From Vicugna vicugna (Eukaryota), in NCBI GenBank assembly GCA_013265495.1, contig MU061578.1, positions 2,923,308 through 2,987,307 on the forward strand: a stretch of DNA of 64,000 nt, written 5' to 3'. Position numbers and translations under genes: made by a program. Shown piece after piece: positions 1 to 13,200 of this stretch; the first letter of the stretch is position 1; each line of letters starts with the position of its first letter. The notes beneath the pieces were generated by a model. The model saw nothing but the letters and a program-made list of their open reading frames with translations, had not been told where the DNA came from and ran no database searches.

Positions 1-649
1 AAGGCCCCTCGGGGGGGATTCCCAGCAGCATCTCTGCTCTGCTGCCCCTGAGTGCGAGGAGAAACACAGCCCAGGGAGGGGTCACACAGTGCCTGAGTCA
101 CTCTGGCCACATTCATGGTCACCCAGCCAGGGCCCAGACACATCCGGAGACACTCAAATGGGCATCTAGAAGTGAATGGCAGGGGCTGACGAAGCAGAAG
201 CTCACAATGGGGACAGAGCAGTGATGCTACACACCTGCACACGGAGCAGCTCAAGAGCAAGAGGCGAGGCTGGGGGTGAAGCTGAGGGACAAAGGCCCCG
301 CAGGGTAACCAGGCCCGGCAGGGTAACCGGACAACGAGGGCTGCTCTAAGTGGGAGCGAGGGGAGTAGCCATTAGGGCCCAGGGCTGGAGGAGGAGTGCG
401 AGAGGGTCCCACTGAGGAGCAGACGTTCCTGCCACGGGGATGACTGAGGCACCGGAGAGTCCAGGAAGCGGGAGCCAGTGCAGGGAGACTACTGAGGAGA
501 GCCTGGTCTGAGACCCTGGGCACTGACCCTGCTCACCTCCACCACCTGCAACCCTGAATGTTCCCATTTGACAATCAGGGGCCAGATGAGTGCCTGGCAC
601 ACAGTAAGTGCACAAGGAGCAGCAGCTGAATCAAAAATAGGCTGGACCT

Positions 650-1523
650 CACTCCCACTCCTGGGCATACATTCGGAGGAAACTCTAATTCAAAAAGATA
701 CGTGCACCCCAGTGTTCACAGCAGCACTACTTACAATAGCCAAGACATGGAAATAACCTAAATGTCCATCGACAGATGACTGGATAAAGAAGATGTGGGT
801 GTGTGTGTGTATATATCTATATACACACACACATACACCCCTACACATACACATACGTACATATAGTGGACTACTACTCAGCCATAAAAAAGAATAAAAT
901 AATGCCATTTGCAGCAACATGGATGGACCTGGAGATCATCATTCTAAGTGAAGTAAGCCAGAAAAAGAAAGACAAATACCAGATGATATCACTTATATGT
1001 GGAATCTAAAAAAAAAAAAGAAGGGACAAATGAACTTATTTACAAAACAGAGACAGACTCACAAAGAAACTTGCGGTTAACCAGGGGGATGGTGGAGTGG
1101 TGGGATAAATTCAGAGTTCAAGATTTGCAGATACTAACTACTATACATAAAATAGATAAACAACAAGGTTCTACTGTATAGCACAGGGAAGTATATTCAA
1201 TATCTTATAGTAACCTATAACGAAAAAGAATATGAAAACGAATACATGTATGTATATGTATGACTGAAACATTATGCTGTACATCAGAAATTGACACAGC
1301 ATGGTAAACTGACTATACTTCAATAAAAAAAAATCTTGTAATAGCCTATAATGAAAAAGAATACGAAAAGGAATATATGTAAATCAACTACACTTCAATA
1401 AAAAATAAAATTTTTTAAAAGAGGAATATATATATGTATAAGTGTATCACCATCCTATACATCAGGCAGTAACGCAACATTGCAAATCAACTACACTTCA
1501 ATCAATCAATCAATCAACATTAA
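650..1523 (+). mobile_element. 5'-truncated LINE-1 (end of ORF2 plus 3' UTR) with TSD
   Basis: ORF2 C-terminal remnants (CTPVFTAALLTIAKTWK, EYYSAIKK-like, PFAATWMDLE); TSD aaaaa(t/c)aggctggacct 633-649 and 1524-1540. Confidence 0.9.
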
Positions 1524-1592
1524 AAAAACAGGCTGGACCTAAAAATATAATACTGTAAATCAATTATAATTCCATTAAAAAGAAAGAAGGGT

Positions 1593-1724
1593 GGGGGTGG
1601 GGTACAGCTCAGTAGTAGAGTACATGCTTAGCATGTGCAAGATCCTGGATTCAACCCCCGGTACCTCCATTAAATAATTAATTAATTAATTAATTAATTA
1701 AATCTAATTACTCCCTCCCCCCCA
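1593..1724 (+). mobile_element. Vic-1-type camelid tRNA-derived SINE
   Basis: agctcagtagtagag...cttagcatg...ttcaac head, (TAAT)n, C-rich tail. Confidence 0.85.
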
Positions 1725-4659
1725 GGTTGTTTTTCTTTTTAATAAAGAAAACAGACAGGCTGGTGATGCCTGCTGGCTGTGGGGAGCTCCCTGAGGAGCT
1801 CGTGCAGCCAGGGCCCAAGCCACGGGGAGACCTGGGGCGAGACTTCAGCAAGGCCCAGTCTGGGAGGGTGTGGCCAAGAGGCAGGAGACAGGGGAGAAGC
1901 TCGGGCCCACCCAGATCTGGACAGTGGCCGTGGCCACGGTAAAGCTGGACCCTCCACTATGGCACATAGGCCTGCCCTGTGCACTCGCAAGATGACACCC
2001 ACTGGGGCAGCTGGAGGCCAAGTGGATGGCGTGGCCCCAGGACACCTGCCCAGATGTGTCCCAGCTCCCCTTAGCATGATCCTTCCCACTTGAGCCCTGC
2101 CCTCTGACCATCTTCCACTTGACTCCTAACCTGATGCCCAACCCCAGATCTCCCTTGGGAGGGGGTCATCAGCTGTCTTACAGCCTAGAAGGTAGCCTCC
2201 ACCACGTGCTACTAGGCCACAAAGCAATAGTCAGCTGGTTTCTTGGTGCCTCCTGACCACATCTGTACATGGCGTCATGTTGAGAATGTTACTGGCCAGG
2301 GCCTCCTCAACCCTCTCAGCAACCCCTCTGCTTTTCTGTGGAAGCTATGAGGTTCAGGGCAGACCTGAGAGCGGGCTGGTGGACTGTTCAGTGCCCCGTG
2401 CCTATCCCCGGGAGGACACATCAGATCTCTGCCTCCCCAAGTCACCCATCGCTAGCCGTCACCCCAAATGAGCATGCAGGGGCCAATACAGGACAACAGG
2501 AGGCCCCCCACTGCAGGAGGCCCTGGGACTCTGGGACCTGCCCCAGGAGGGCAGTACAGGAAAGGGAGCCTGCACTGGCCCTATGAGGGGGCGCTGCCCA
2601 AAGGCTGGACAGGCACATATGGCCCAGGGAGTCACTGACCGCCAGAATGAAAGCCTGTGACCCCTCTGGGTCTGACAAGGTGGAAACACCCTGGGGGCAG
2701 GGAGCCCTGAGGCTCAGAGAGCTTGGACGACCTGTCTGTGCCACATAGTCAGCAAGGGGGCAGGGCATCCATGGACTTAGCTACAGCAGGTTCTGGGTAT
2801 GACAATCTGGGGTCCAGCTGGATCTCAGTAGCTGGGTGCAAGCACCTCTCAAACTGCAGAGTGGAAAGACCCACATCCCATCAATGGGCCTGGCCAGAGG
2901 GAAGAAGAGCAGCCTGGTCACCAGTCAAAGATCCCAGAAGTGCCCCTGATGACCCCACATGTGCTCCCCAGTGCCCATCTACACTCAGACTTAGCAGCCC
3001 TTCCCAGGACACATCGGGGCTGGATGACATCCAAGAGGCCCTAGGGGGTCCCTGCAGTCTATTACCAGAGTAGAAACGGCCCCAGTCCTCAGAAGCCTGG
3101 CACACCTGCCTCAAACCTGACTCTAGCTCATCCCAGTGACCTGCCACAACCCCTGGAGGGGGTCCTCTGTGTCCATCTTACAGATCAGAAATTAAGGCTC
3201 GGCTCAGAGAGGCCAGTCACTGCCTGAGGCCACCCAGCCTCCTGGGGGTTCAAAGCCTGGGGCCATGTCTGCCCAGGAGCTGGGTAGGGAAGGCCACAGC
3301 CCTCTAGGGGAGGGGCAGATCATCTGGGCTCCTCAGGCTGTGAGGCACACCCCCCTCAACTCTACCCCACCTCCACACAGTGGAGCATCTCAGTTCAGGG
3401 AGGAGGGAGTCACCCAACCCAGAAAACAGGCAGAAGCTAAGGAATTTGATCCTTGGGCAGAAAGTCCATCCTGTCACAGACACTAGGGCGGGGGAACTGG
3501 AGCTGGCGAAGGGGAGCCCCTCACATCTGGGGAGAGGAGCAGTAGGGTGTGCCTGAACGAGGAAGACCCTGAGGGTGGGCCCTGGAAGGAAGGTGAGAGC
3601 TGGGTGATTCCCTCTGAACCAAGGGCTCCCTTAGAATTCGAGCTTCTGGGGCAATGGTGTGTATGGCCCTCTAATGCTGGATTAGGGATGCTGCTCATGG
3701 TGATGCCCAGCTCTGCTGCCCTCCGTCAGCCTGTCTGTGCAATAGGTGCAGCCTGCTTGGAGTGTTTGGGACAAGGCCTGGGGCCTGGCACCTTCAATCC
3801 AGGGCCCCTCAACTCCTGTGCCCCACTACCAGCCCCTGCTAGTAGCCCCTGCTCTTCTCAAGGAAAAGTACCCAGCTTGCCCAGAATAACCCCGGTGGCA
3901 GGGGGCGCAGCCTCAGGAATCCCTTGGGCCCAGCCACTGCTAGGCTGCCAATTCCTCCTAACCTCTGGGTGGGGGCTACAGGGGCTGGGGTTGGCTCCAT
4001 GGGGGTGGGGAGAACCCAGCATGTAGCTGGGCCAAACCTGAAAAGCCAGTTTCATCCTTGAATCTTCTCTGCCAGGAAATCCCAAGATGGGGGTGGGGGG
4101 AACTTTTCTCAGCAGGGCTAGGGCCTCCAGACCCCCACCCTGCCCACCCAGACAGACACAGAAATACACAACACCAAGCTGCATACACAGAAGAAGGAAC
4201 TTTGTTCAGGACCATCTGGAACCCTGGTCTATTCCCCACCCCACAGACCTGTCCCCAGCAAGGCCCTCCCCAGTGCCCTGAGCACGGGGGTCCAGCCATC
4301 TCCTCAGCCAGAAAAAGGCCTGCTTCAAGGCACTGGGGGTGGCCTTAGGCTCAGTCCTGGCCTGCTCCTCCCAGCCACTGAGCACAGCGAAGGGGGAGAG
4401 AGCATCTGCAGCTTCCAGGGTTCACAGAGTGGGAAGACGGGTTGTGAAGCCCAAGTTAGGGTCAGTCCCCTATCCCTGGCTCCACAGCTACTGCTGTTAT
4501 TGCTGAAATTATTCCCACCCTCAATGAGGACGACTGGGACAGGGATGATCTGCAGAAGTCCCACCCTCTGAGCTGGAGTTTCGACTTGGAGACACCACCC
4601 ACTGGCGGTGGCCGGGAAGGGAAACGTAAGGGGGGGGGGTACAGCACAGAGGAGCCTGG

Positions 4660-5345
4660 GGACACCCTCGGACTCCGAGACCTCCCGCTCCCAGGACCCT
4701 CAGCTGTTGGGCGGGGGCTGGAGCCGAGCTGTCCGGCCGGGTCAGGCCGCTGGGACGTGCTAATCCGGCCACGGGCTATTTTTGCGGCGCGCTGGGGTAG
4801 GAATCTGGGGCTGGGCCGCCTCTTGGGCGGCTCGGGAAACTCCGGGAAGGAAAGTCCGGCCGCCTCGGTCGGAGAGTCGCCCGAAGCCCGAACGCGGCCA
4901 GACTCTGGCCGCTCGGAGCGGCTCCGGCCGTGAAGGGCTGAGGACCATCCCCGCGCGCAGCGGGCGCAGCTCCGGAACCCGCCCGGCCCGCGCCCCGCGC
5001 CCCGCTCCCGGCGCGCTCACTCACCGCCGCCGCCGGCACTGGGGTCTTCGGGGGTCCTGAGGGCTTCGGGGAGGGGCTGCCGCCGCCGGCCCGGAGGGCG
5101 CCCGCGCCTCCGAGTCCCCGCCCGCCCGTCCGGACCGCCCGCCCGGGAATGCCATGGAGCGAGGGGCGTGCGCGCCGGGGGCGGGCCCGGCCGGAGGGGG
5201 CGGCCGCGCTGACTCAGGGCTCAGGAATGCGCGCGGCCCGCCCGGCCCGAGTCACCTCCTCCGGGAAGGCCGCTAGGCTCCGCTCTCCCCTGTGTTTGGC
5301 CGCGGGGACACCTGTGGCCAGGGGTCGAAAGCACCCTGGCCGAGG
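4660..5345 (-). promoter_or_regulatory. CpG island / RHBDF1 promoter
   Basis: Dense CpG, GC boxes near 5178 and 5197, AP-1 TGACTCA 5210-5216. Confidence 0.75.
5025..5145 (-). other. RHBDF1: Probable non-coding first exon of RHBDF1 (iRhom1); its coding exons lie left of the window
   Basis: Minus-strand donor GCGG|GTGAGT at 5024-5019 inside a CpG island; gene name from conserved synteny only; 5' boundary approximate. Confidence 0.6.
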
Positions 5346-8300
5346 AGGGAGGATCTGGTGGCCCAGTTGCACGGAGCCTGATGGCCAGTGTTGGTCCTGG
5401 GCTCCTCAGCCACTCCTGGACCCCAGAGTGAGTCCTAACCTTTTTCTGCCTCTGCTCTTGCTTGAGAAAGGGTGGAAGCGGAGGGTGGGCGTGTGCGGAG
5501 GGTAGATGTGGAAGAGCGTCCCTGGATCTACTGTAAATCTATCCACCAGCCTCCTCCTTTCAGAGCTCACGCACTGCAGGGGAGCTCACCCCTGCACTTG
5601 CTGAGTTGGACAAAAAATGACCCATCTGCTCTAGGCTGAGGCTGCTGGAGAGGGTTTTCCAGCATTCCTCACACCTGACATTGCTGGACTGGGGTGGGGG
5701 GCGGCAAACCACCCCAAAGAAAGACCAATGGGGGTGAGAGGTCAATGGCAGGATATAGGCAGGGCTGAGCAGGCACTGTGAGTGGTGGCGGGCCCCCCTC
5801 TCCATGGAGAGATTCTGGGTGATCTTTCTTCTTCCTTCAGAGAAAACAGAACTGGGACCATGGGTGTTCTAAGCACTCTTCCACTGGGGCCACAATACTG
5901 AGGCATGTGAGGCCCAGCCCCAAAAGCCTCGGGGGACCCACAAATGTGTCTTCGGGCCCTTTGCTGGTCTGGGACCAGGTGGTCCTTTTCCTCTTTGAAC
6001 CAAGTTGCTGCCACGGTCAGCAAACTATGCCAAGGGTGGGACTGCCCTGGTCCTTGGCTCCAGAGAGAATAAAGGTGACAATTTGAGGTGGCAGCCAGCT
6101 TACAGGTTGGCCCTGGAACCTGGGCAAGGGACAAAACCCTCTGATTGTCTCCTTGTCCATACCATAGGACAGAGTAGTGCCCACACATACCAGGTCATTA
6201 GCAAACACAGGTATATCAACACAATTCTTAGGCAGAGGGAGACAGTGAAAGCTTTGGAGGGCTACAGGAGGACTTCTTTACTGGGGTGGCCATGGGGGGT
6301 GACTTCAGGGGCCTTGGGGACACAAGGCAAGAGGAAGGTTACCCATGTTGATGCTCAGGGCTCCTGCAGCCCACATGTGCCACCCTTCCCATGCCAGGCT
6401 CTCAGCCAGAGACAGGACAGTCTCTCCATGCCTGGCATTCTTGACCCCTGCCAGGAATAAGTATGCCCCACCCACCTGGATGCCCAGACGGGGCTGGCAG
6501 GGCCGGCAGCGGAGTCCTCTCTGGAGGCCAGGGTCTGGGATCACCTCCAAAGCATGCCATGACTGGGCATCCAGTGCTGCAGGGCACCCTCCAGACCCCT
6601 CCACAACCCAGACACTCATTCCCAGCTGCCGAGCTAGCTTGCAGCTGGGACAGGTGCTCACTCCCCAGCCCCCCACCCTCAGCCGCCAGGAGTCACCTTC
6701 AGTGGATGAGAGCTGCCTTTCCCAAAATCATGCTCCCTCCCCAGAGAGGATGGTCTCCATGTCCAGTCACAGGTAAGTGACCTTCCCCTATATTCTTTCA
6801 GGTTACCTCCAAAGGACCCTTTCAGCTCCTGAGCACCATGGAATCCTCAGCACCCTCTGTGGCCAACTCTTGTCCCTCACAGTTGTTGCTCCCAAGGCCC
6901 GCCCCAGTGCACCCTGGCAGGCAAATCCAGGAATACCCAGGTTCTCAGCCCATCCCATTGGGCCTCTTGAGCCAGAATCCTGGTATCCAAAGGATGGTGT
7001 GAGCGGAGGCCTGGACACATGAATGCCCAGACCTAGTCCCAGTCTATAGGGACACATGTATGCACACATGTGTGCTCTGCCTCACATCTGGCCCACTGCC
7101 CTGTGCTCTGACTGGGGAGCCCCTGACATGGAAATCCAGCTCCTGGTCCCTCTTTTTTCTCCCTGCACCAACCCCCACCCCCACCCCCAGCCCTGGAGAA
7201 AAGGAAATCAGCCACAACTGCCTAGTGTGTGGGCAGGTGACTGGGGATGGGCTGGTGTCTGGACCACCCCTGTGAATCTAGGACATGAGGGAGTCCTGAC
7301 CACTAAAAAGATTCCCCTCCAGCCACCCTGGAATCCTCAGCTCAGCAAGCAAGCCCTGAGCTTTGGGGGGCCTGGATAGGCCCCGGACCAACCTCTGGCT
7401 ATTTGGGGAAGAGGCACAGGTGGGCCAGATGGTTCAGGGGCCTGAAGTCATTGGCTATTTCTGAGGCAGCTGTCTCTCCCTGTGTCTCAGCACATGTGAG
7501 TACCTGGGCTCAGAGTCCAGTAACATTGGCAGCACAGCTCCAGGAGGGGAAGATGCAGCCCATGCAGACTTCCTTCAGTCGCCCTCACTGCCCAAGGAGA
7601 CTCTTGAGCCCCCAGGGCCCATCAGGATGCCAGAAGCCACCCTGCTGAGAAGTTGGAGGGTGCCATCCCTTTCATGGTGTTAGCCATCCCTACACTAAAG
7701 AGGATACGGAACCATGTGCCAGGTGGGAACGATGCTGGTGCTGGAACTCTGGCCTCTGTGGCTGGTGGAGCTGCTGTCCTTTCTCTCAAGTCTCCAGTGA
7801 CAATGGCCATGGGGCGGCGGGGCACAGAGCAGCTCACTCCAGCACTGACCCTTTTCAGAGCATCAAGGGTATCCTCACCTTCATCTTCTTCCAGCCCAGC
7901 AGCAGGCCACAGTGGGGACAGAGAAGACCCCGAGGTCCATCCCCCCCAACCTGGCACCACCTTCTCTCACCCACAGCCAGCCAGCCAGCGTGCCCTGTAG
8001 GCCACAGTGGGAACACTCAGCCCAGCACTTCCAGCCTGTGGTGGAGCCTCAGACCTCAAACCAGGAAGTGGAGGGGAGGGGGGGGTGCACAGAGGTTATG
8101 CAAGGCCCTGCACTCAGGCTGGAACATCTGGAGAAGTGGGCTGCTGGCTCCAGCCCTGCCTCCGCCTCCTGGGGGCCTGGGCTGCCCTTGAGCCTCTCTT
8201 TCCTTATCTTCAAGTTGGGGATCAAACATTCCCCCAGGGATGTGTGGACTCCCCATGATTTCCACAAGGACCGGTCACCATTGGTGAAATCAAAACAAAA

Positions 8301-9499
8301 ATGAATACAGAACAGCACCCACCCTGCCCCTGCCCTCACCCGGGAACAGGGCCCAATAGTAGCCTCAGTTTCCCTGGTGGGGAGAGGAGGAAGGGAGGAG
8401 GGAAGGGAGGCTGGGCACACAGGAAGGCAGGAAGGGGGAGTCATTGTTTGGGCAGAATGGCTGCAGGGGGTAAGGAGGAAAGAAAGGGGTGGGAGTCACA
8501 TCCAGGCCTGCCTCACAAGTCTGTATTTATGACACGTCTGTCGCCCACCCCCGGAAGGAAGCGGCACAAAGTGCCACAAACAGCTGGGTGGCTTCCAGCA
8601 GGCACTGAAAGGCTGCTGCCCCTCCCTCCCCAGGAAGTTCTGGTTAGGGCCGGGCGGGGGTGCAGCGGGGAGTACAGCTGGGCCTGGGCTGGAGTTTTCA
8701 GCTGCTGGGTTGGAGGAGGAGCATTGGGGACTGGGGTCCTCCCAGATGGACTTGCCCTGAGACTAGGTGCCAGGCTCATCTGAGGGCCCCAGTCACATGG
8801 CCCGTCCAGCACCTCCCATCTGATGCCATCCACTTGCTCTCCAAATCCCTACGGGTACCCCTCACAGGGCCAGGGTCACACAAGTCAATGACAGCTCAGG
8901 ATACGCTCACAAGGGGGTGTACCTATCCCACCCCAATCACACTTCATACTGCCCCAGCCACTGCTCTGAAAGACCATGCTCACGAGCCCCCACAGTCCTA
9001 CTGCTGGCCTCAGCCTCTCCAGGAGGCTGGCCTAGCTCCAGTAGGCCCACCCCCAGACTTGGGCGGGCTCCTCTCAGCATCCTCCGGTGGCGGGAGGGGT
9101 GGGGCCTCCACTGCAGAGACAGAATCCCGGGACCTACCCATATGCGATGACCAGGGGGGAGAGGGAGGTTCTCGAGAGGCCTGGCGTCCCCTTCCTGGAC
9201 AAAGTCTTCCTGCCCAACCTCTCCACTCCGATGCCCCCCAGATAGGGAGCAAGTAATGCCCCTCGGCAGTCGAGGAAGTGTCCCAAGGACCCGGGCTTCG
9301 GCGCCACCTCCTTCACGCGCATTCCAAGTGCACCCCACAGAACCGTCTGCGGGCCATTTGCAAACCACTACGCCTCCAGCTGGGGCCCCTCTGGGGCCCA
9401 GTCAAGGTTCACCACTGACCGGGCCCCTTGGTGGTCTGACCACTCGCTGGTGGTGGAGTGAGCTCTGCGGCTGTAGGGGGACCAGGGTGCAAAGTGGGG

Positions 9500-10270
9500 T
9501 GGGGGTATGTCACTGGTAGGGGGGCCGGGGCGCGAGGGTGAGGGAGGCGGGCATTATTCAACCCCAGCAGCCTTCTCCCTCTGCTCCCTCCACAAGTGTC
9601 CCAGCGGCGCGGGCCTTTGTCCAGGATGGGAGATGGGGCGAAGGCCGGGAACGCCCGCCCCCGCTCCGACCCCTCCCCCGGGGGCGGACCCGCGCCGGGA
9701 AATCGCGCTGCTCCCGGAGGCTTCCGTCCTCCTCTGCGCAGGCGCCGGCTCCACCCCTGGACCGGGCGGCGCTTCCGGCATCCGCTCCTGGGTGGGCTTC
9801 CCGCGGGGCGGTTTCGGCCGCGAGAGTCGCTGCGGGAGCCGCCAGATGCCCGCGCCGCGCGAGGCCCAGGTGAGTGCGCGCCCAAGTGAGCGCGCTCCTC
9901 GCTCGGCGCGCGGCCGAGGGACAGGCTCGGGGGCGAGCCTGTCACCCGGAGTTGGACCCCACAACCCCAGGCAGCCGCTGAGAGGGAGCCCGGAGAGGAC
10001 CAGTAACGAGCGCGCGGGCCCGCCCCTTTGGGGTCTGCAGCCTCCAGACGAGCGCCTGCTGGCGGGGGTCGGACCCCGGTTCGGCGGCTCCGTTTCCCAG
10101 AAGCAAAGTCGAGGCCCGGCCCGAGTTCTCCAGTAAGGACAGCCCGACACCAATTTTCTGGTTAAATGCTGGGCACTAAGCTGGGGCTTAGACGCCCCCC
10201 TGCCCTGGAGCCAGCCTGGCACAGAAATGACCGCGGGGTTGGCCTCGCGGTTGGCCTGAGGAGCCACTTC
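9500..10270 (+). promoter_or_regulatory. CpG island / MPG promoter
   Basis: Dense CpG around MPG exon 1, GC boxes, ETS-like CTTCCG motifs. Confidence 0.8.
9846..9869 (+). CDS. MPG: MPG coding exon 1 (MPAPREAQ)
   Basis: ATG in a CpG island, 8 codons, then CAG|GTGAGT; resembles the human MPARSGAQ N-terminal isoform. Confidence 0.85.
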
Positions 10271-13200
10271 CCCTCACTCCTCGCTTCACTGTCTGGCCCA
10301 GACAAGTACTTTCCCTTTATTTACTGACCCCACCCCCATAATTTGCCCAGGTTTTGATGGAGAGCTGGTGGGTCCCTTGGACACCCCCATCCAGGCGACT
10401 GTTTCCTGCCCTCTTGGTGGGCCCAGCCTGGCAAGATACTCTTGCCCCCAGGTTTTGCCCAGAAGCATCCCCTGTGGAGGGTGTTTCTTCCTAACACTCA
10501 TTGAGTGCTTGCTCTCTGCCAGTGAAGTGCTTACCTGGTGTCTCTCATTTTATTCACAGAACCATCTTGTGTGATAGATGTTGGTTCCCTTTCTGCATAT
10601 GAGGAAACAAAGGCACAGACATCTTAAGTCGTTTTCTGGGGCCCTTCACCCAGGGAACACCTGATTTCTAACCAGGGCCAGGGATGTGTGTAAGGTGTCC
10701 AGGTGCACATTTTGAGGCAGGGTAACCTCACTCTGAGGCCTGAGGCCTGGGGCCGGTTCGAATCCTAGGTCAGCAGTAGGGAAGCCCAGGCCTCTCTGAG
10801 CCTCAGTCCCTAGGCAGCTCTGCGAGTCCCCCACTGTCCAGGGCGAATCAGGGCAGAGACCCATAGCAACCCTAGTGCCTCAGGGTTGGCTAGGGGCCAA
10901 ACCTGGGACTAGAACTGGGGCCACAGTGTCCGAGAGTCTGAGCCCCGGTGGGTATTGGCAGATGGGCCGAGCTGCAAAGACTATCACGTCAGCATCCATT
11001 CTTAGCAGACGGGCGGTCTCCGTTCAATGCAGTGTCTGCACTTATGTTAAAAATAAGGGGTCTGTCACATGCCAGGAAGGCATTGGAATCAGTCCTTGAG
11101 GAGGGTGTTTCCAGGCCCTGGTGCTTACCTGCTCCTTTCATCGGAGAGCAGCTGGTCCCAGAATGGCCAAGGGGGTGTGGTCAGCTTCCTTGGACCTGTG
11201 GTAGCTGGTAGAAGGCAGGTAGTGTGCTGGTCTCAGCAGATCCTCCTCATTCCTCCGACCTCACATTTGCCTTACTTATCCTTGTCAATCTGACATCCTG
11301 GGTCATGAGGCAGAAGGCAGTTGGGGACTCACTGGGGGTCATGCCCTGAGCACTTGTGGTGGGACCAAGTAGACCATCTGCCTGGTGCTAACCCACGTGT
11401 GTGTGTCAGGCCTTCTGGGCCATTCTAGGAGGGGTCTGGCACAGTGGGAGCCCTGCTGACATGGAGGAAGGGCATGGATGCCGGTTCAAAGGGCAGGGTT
11501 CCAGAAACAAACTCAGAAGTTCATTTGGAGACCACGTGATGAATGGGAATCAGAGGGTACCAGCCCTTTCCCCAGGCTCAGGTGCCACTGTCCCCTCCCC
11601 GAGCCCTGTAGCCCATGGCCAGCAGGCTGTGTAACTCCTGCTTGTGATGGCCTGTATCACCCCCGCCACCAACCTGCCTTCATGCGCAGTCATTTCCCAG
11701 GTCCTCCTGGGTCCCAGCACAGGGCTGAGTGTGTCAAGTGTGGCGTTCTGTTCATACCTGTAACAACCCACAAGGTGGTTGCCCCCTTTTTGCAGATGGG
11801 GAAACTGAAGACAGGCAGTTAAGTGAGTCCTTGAATGATTGACTTCACCTCAAGATCATCTGTCCCCTCCTATTCATACACTTTATTTTGTCTTTTCCTG
11901 TCACAGCTTTCCTTCAGAATGGGCCAAAAAAGGCAGCGACTGTTGGAGGCCAAGCAGCATCAGAAACCACCAGATAGAACCCAGACACCTTCCCCTAAGG
12001 AGCCCCGCTTGGGCCTGCCCTCGACCCTGGGCCCCCAGCGCAGCATCTATTTCTCAAACCTGAAGGGCTGCCCTGCTCGCCTGGGATCAGAGTTTTTCGA
12101 CCAACCTGCAGTCCCCCTGGCACGGGCCTTTCTGGGGCAGGTAATGTGAATGTAGTGGTGTGGCCTCTGCTGAGGCAGTGATCTCTGTGCAGTGTCCGTG
12201 GGCCCTAGTCCTCTCACCCTGGGCTCACTTCCCTGACTTGGGCCTGCTTGTCCCCATGCACTTAGCTGCTTTGCCCACATGTGTTGCTGGGCAGCTTCAC
12301 CTCACTCGTCTGGGGCAGGGGCTGGGTCCAGGATGGGCCAGGAAGAATGCTGAGATTGTTCATGGTGCCTGCCCTGGGTGAGGGCAGGGGGGCCACTACC
12401 TGCCTGCCTGCTCTGGGCAGTGAGGACAGGAGCCACAGCAGCGTTAGCCGTCTCCACGTGGGATGGCCCTCAGGGCAAGTTTCCTGAAAGGACCACGGTC
12501 AGTGCTGGCTGTGTCTGGGAGGGGCTATCCCCAGCACAGTAAGTTCCCTTGCTGGAGCTCATCTGTGTGTGTATCAGCTTTTAGACAGTGGCCTCTGGGC
12601 TGCGCAAGTCAGAGTCATCTCCAGGCAGCCCCTGCAGCTCCAAGTTCTTGAGCGGGAAGCAGAGACTGCCCATGGCCTGTGGAGGCAGAGCCCATCAGCA
12701 CGCAGTGTGTGTGTCCACATGTGCTGGCCACAGCAGAGTTTGGCCACATCCATCTGGAGCACCATCTGTGTTTTATTCCTGGGTACCAAACTCTAGGCCT
12801 AGCTCTCTGGTCCTCCTCGAGCTTCCATGGCTACTCTTTTTCCTTTAGTGAGCCTACCGTTAGGTTAAAATGGCCAAGGAGAGTCGGTTTCTGTGGCTGA
12901 TAGAAGATTGGTGCCAAGAATGATGTGTGGAGGGGAACAGATCCTGAAACCTGGGCTGGTGGAGTGTGGCCTAAAGTGTGACCTAGTCAGTCTGTCCCTG
13001 TGAGGATGCTTTCAGTGGCGAGAGCCAGAAGATCCTTCTAAAAGCACCTTAAAAAATGAGGGTTTATCATCACACATGAAATGGCACACAGGGCAGGTGA
13101 GTCCCAGTGTCAGGTTGACGGCCCAAGGGCCTCACTGTCATAGTCTCCCTTTAGGCTCCCATCGTGCCCACTTGAGCCCAAGGGTGGACAGGGCAATGGC

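Noticed and set aside
2578..3910. Partial CTCF-like AGGGGGCGC matches near 2586 and 3900
   Set aside because: The 5' half of the motif mismatches; expected by chance at this GC content
9409..10267. Overlapping 100-237 aa ORFs on both strands (similarly at 4586-5505)
   Set aside because: Stop-codon depletion in CpG islands; Arg/Gly/Pro/Ala-rich with no recognisable homology
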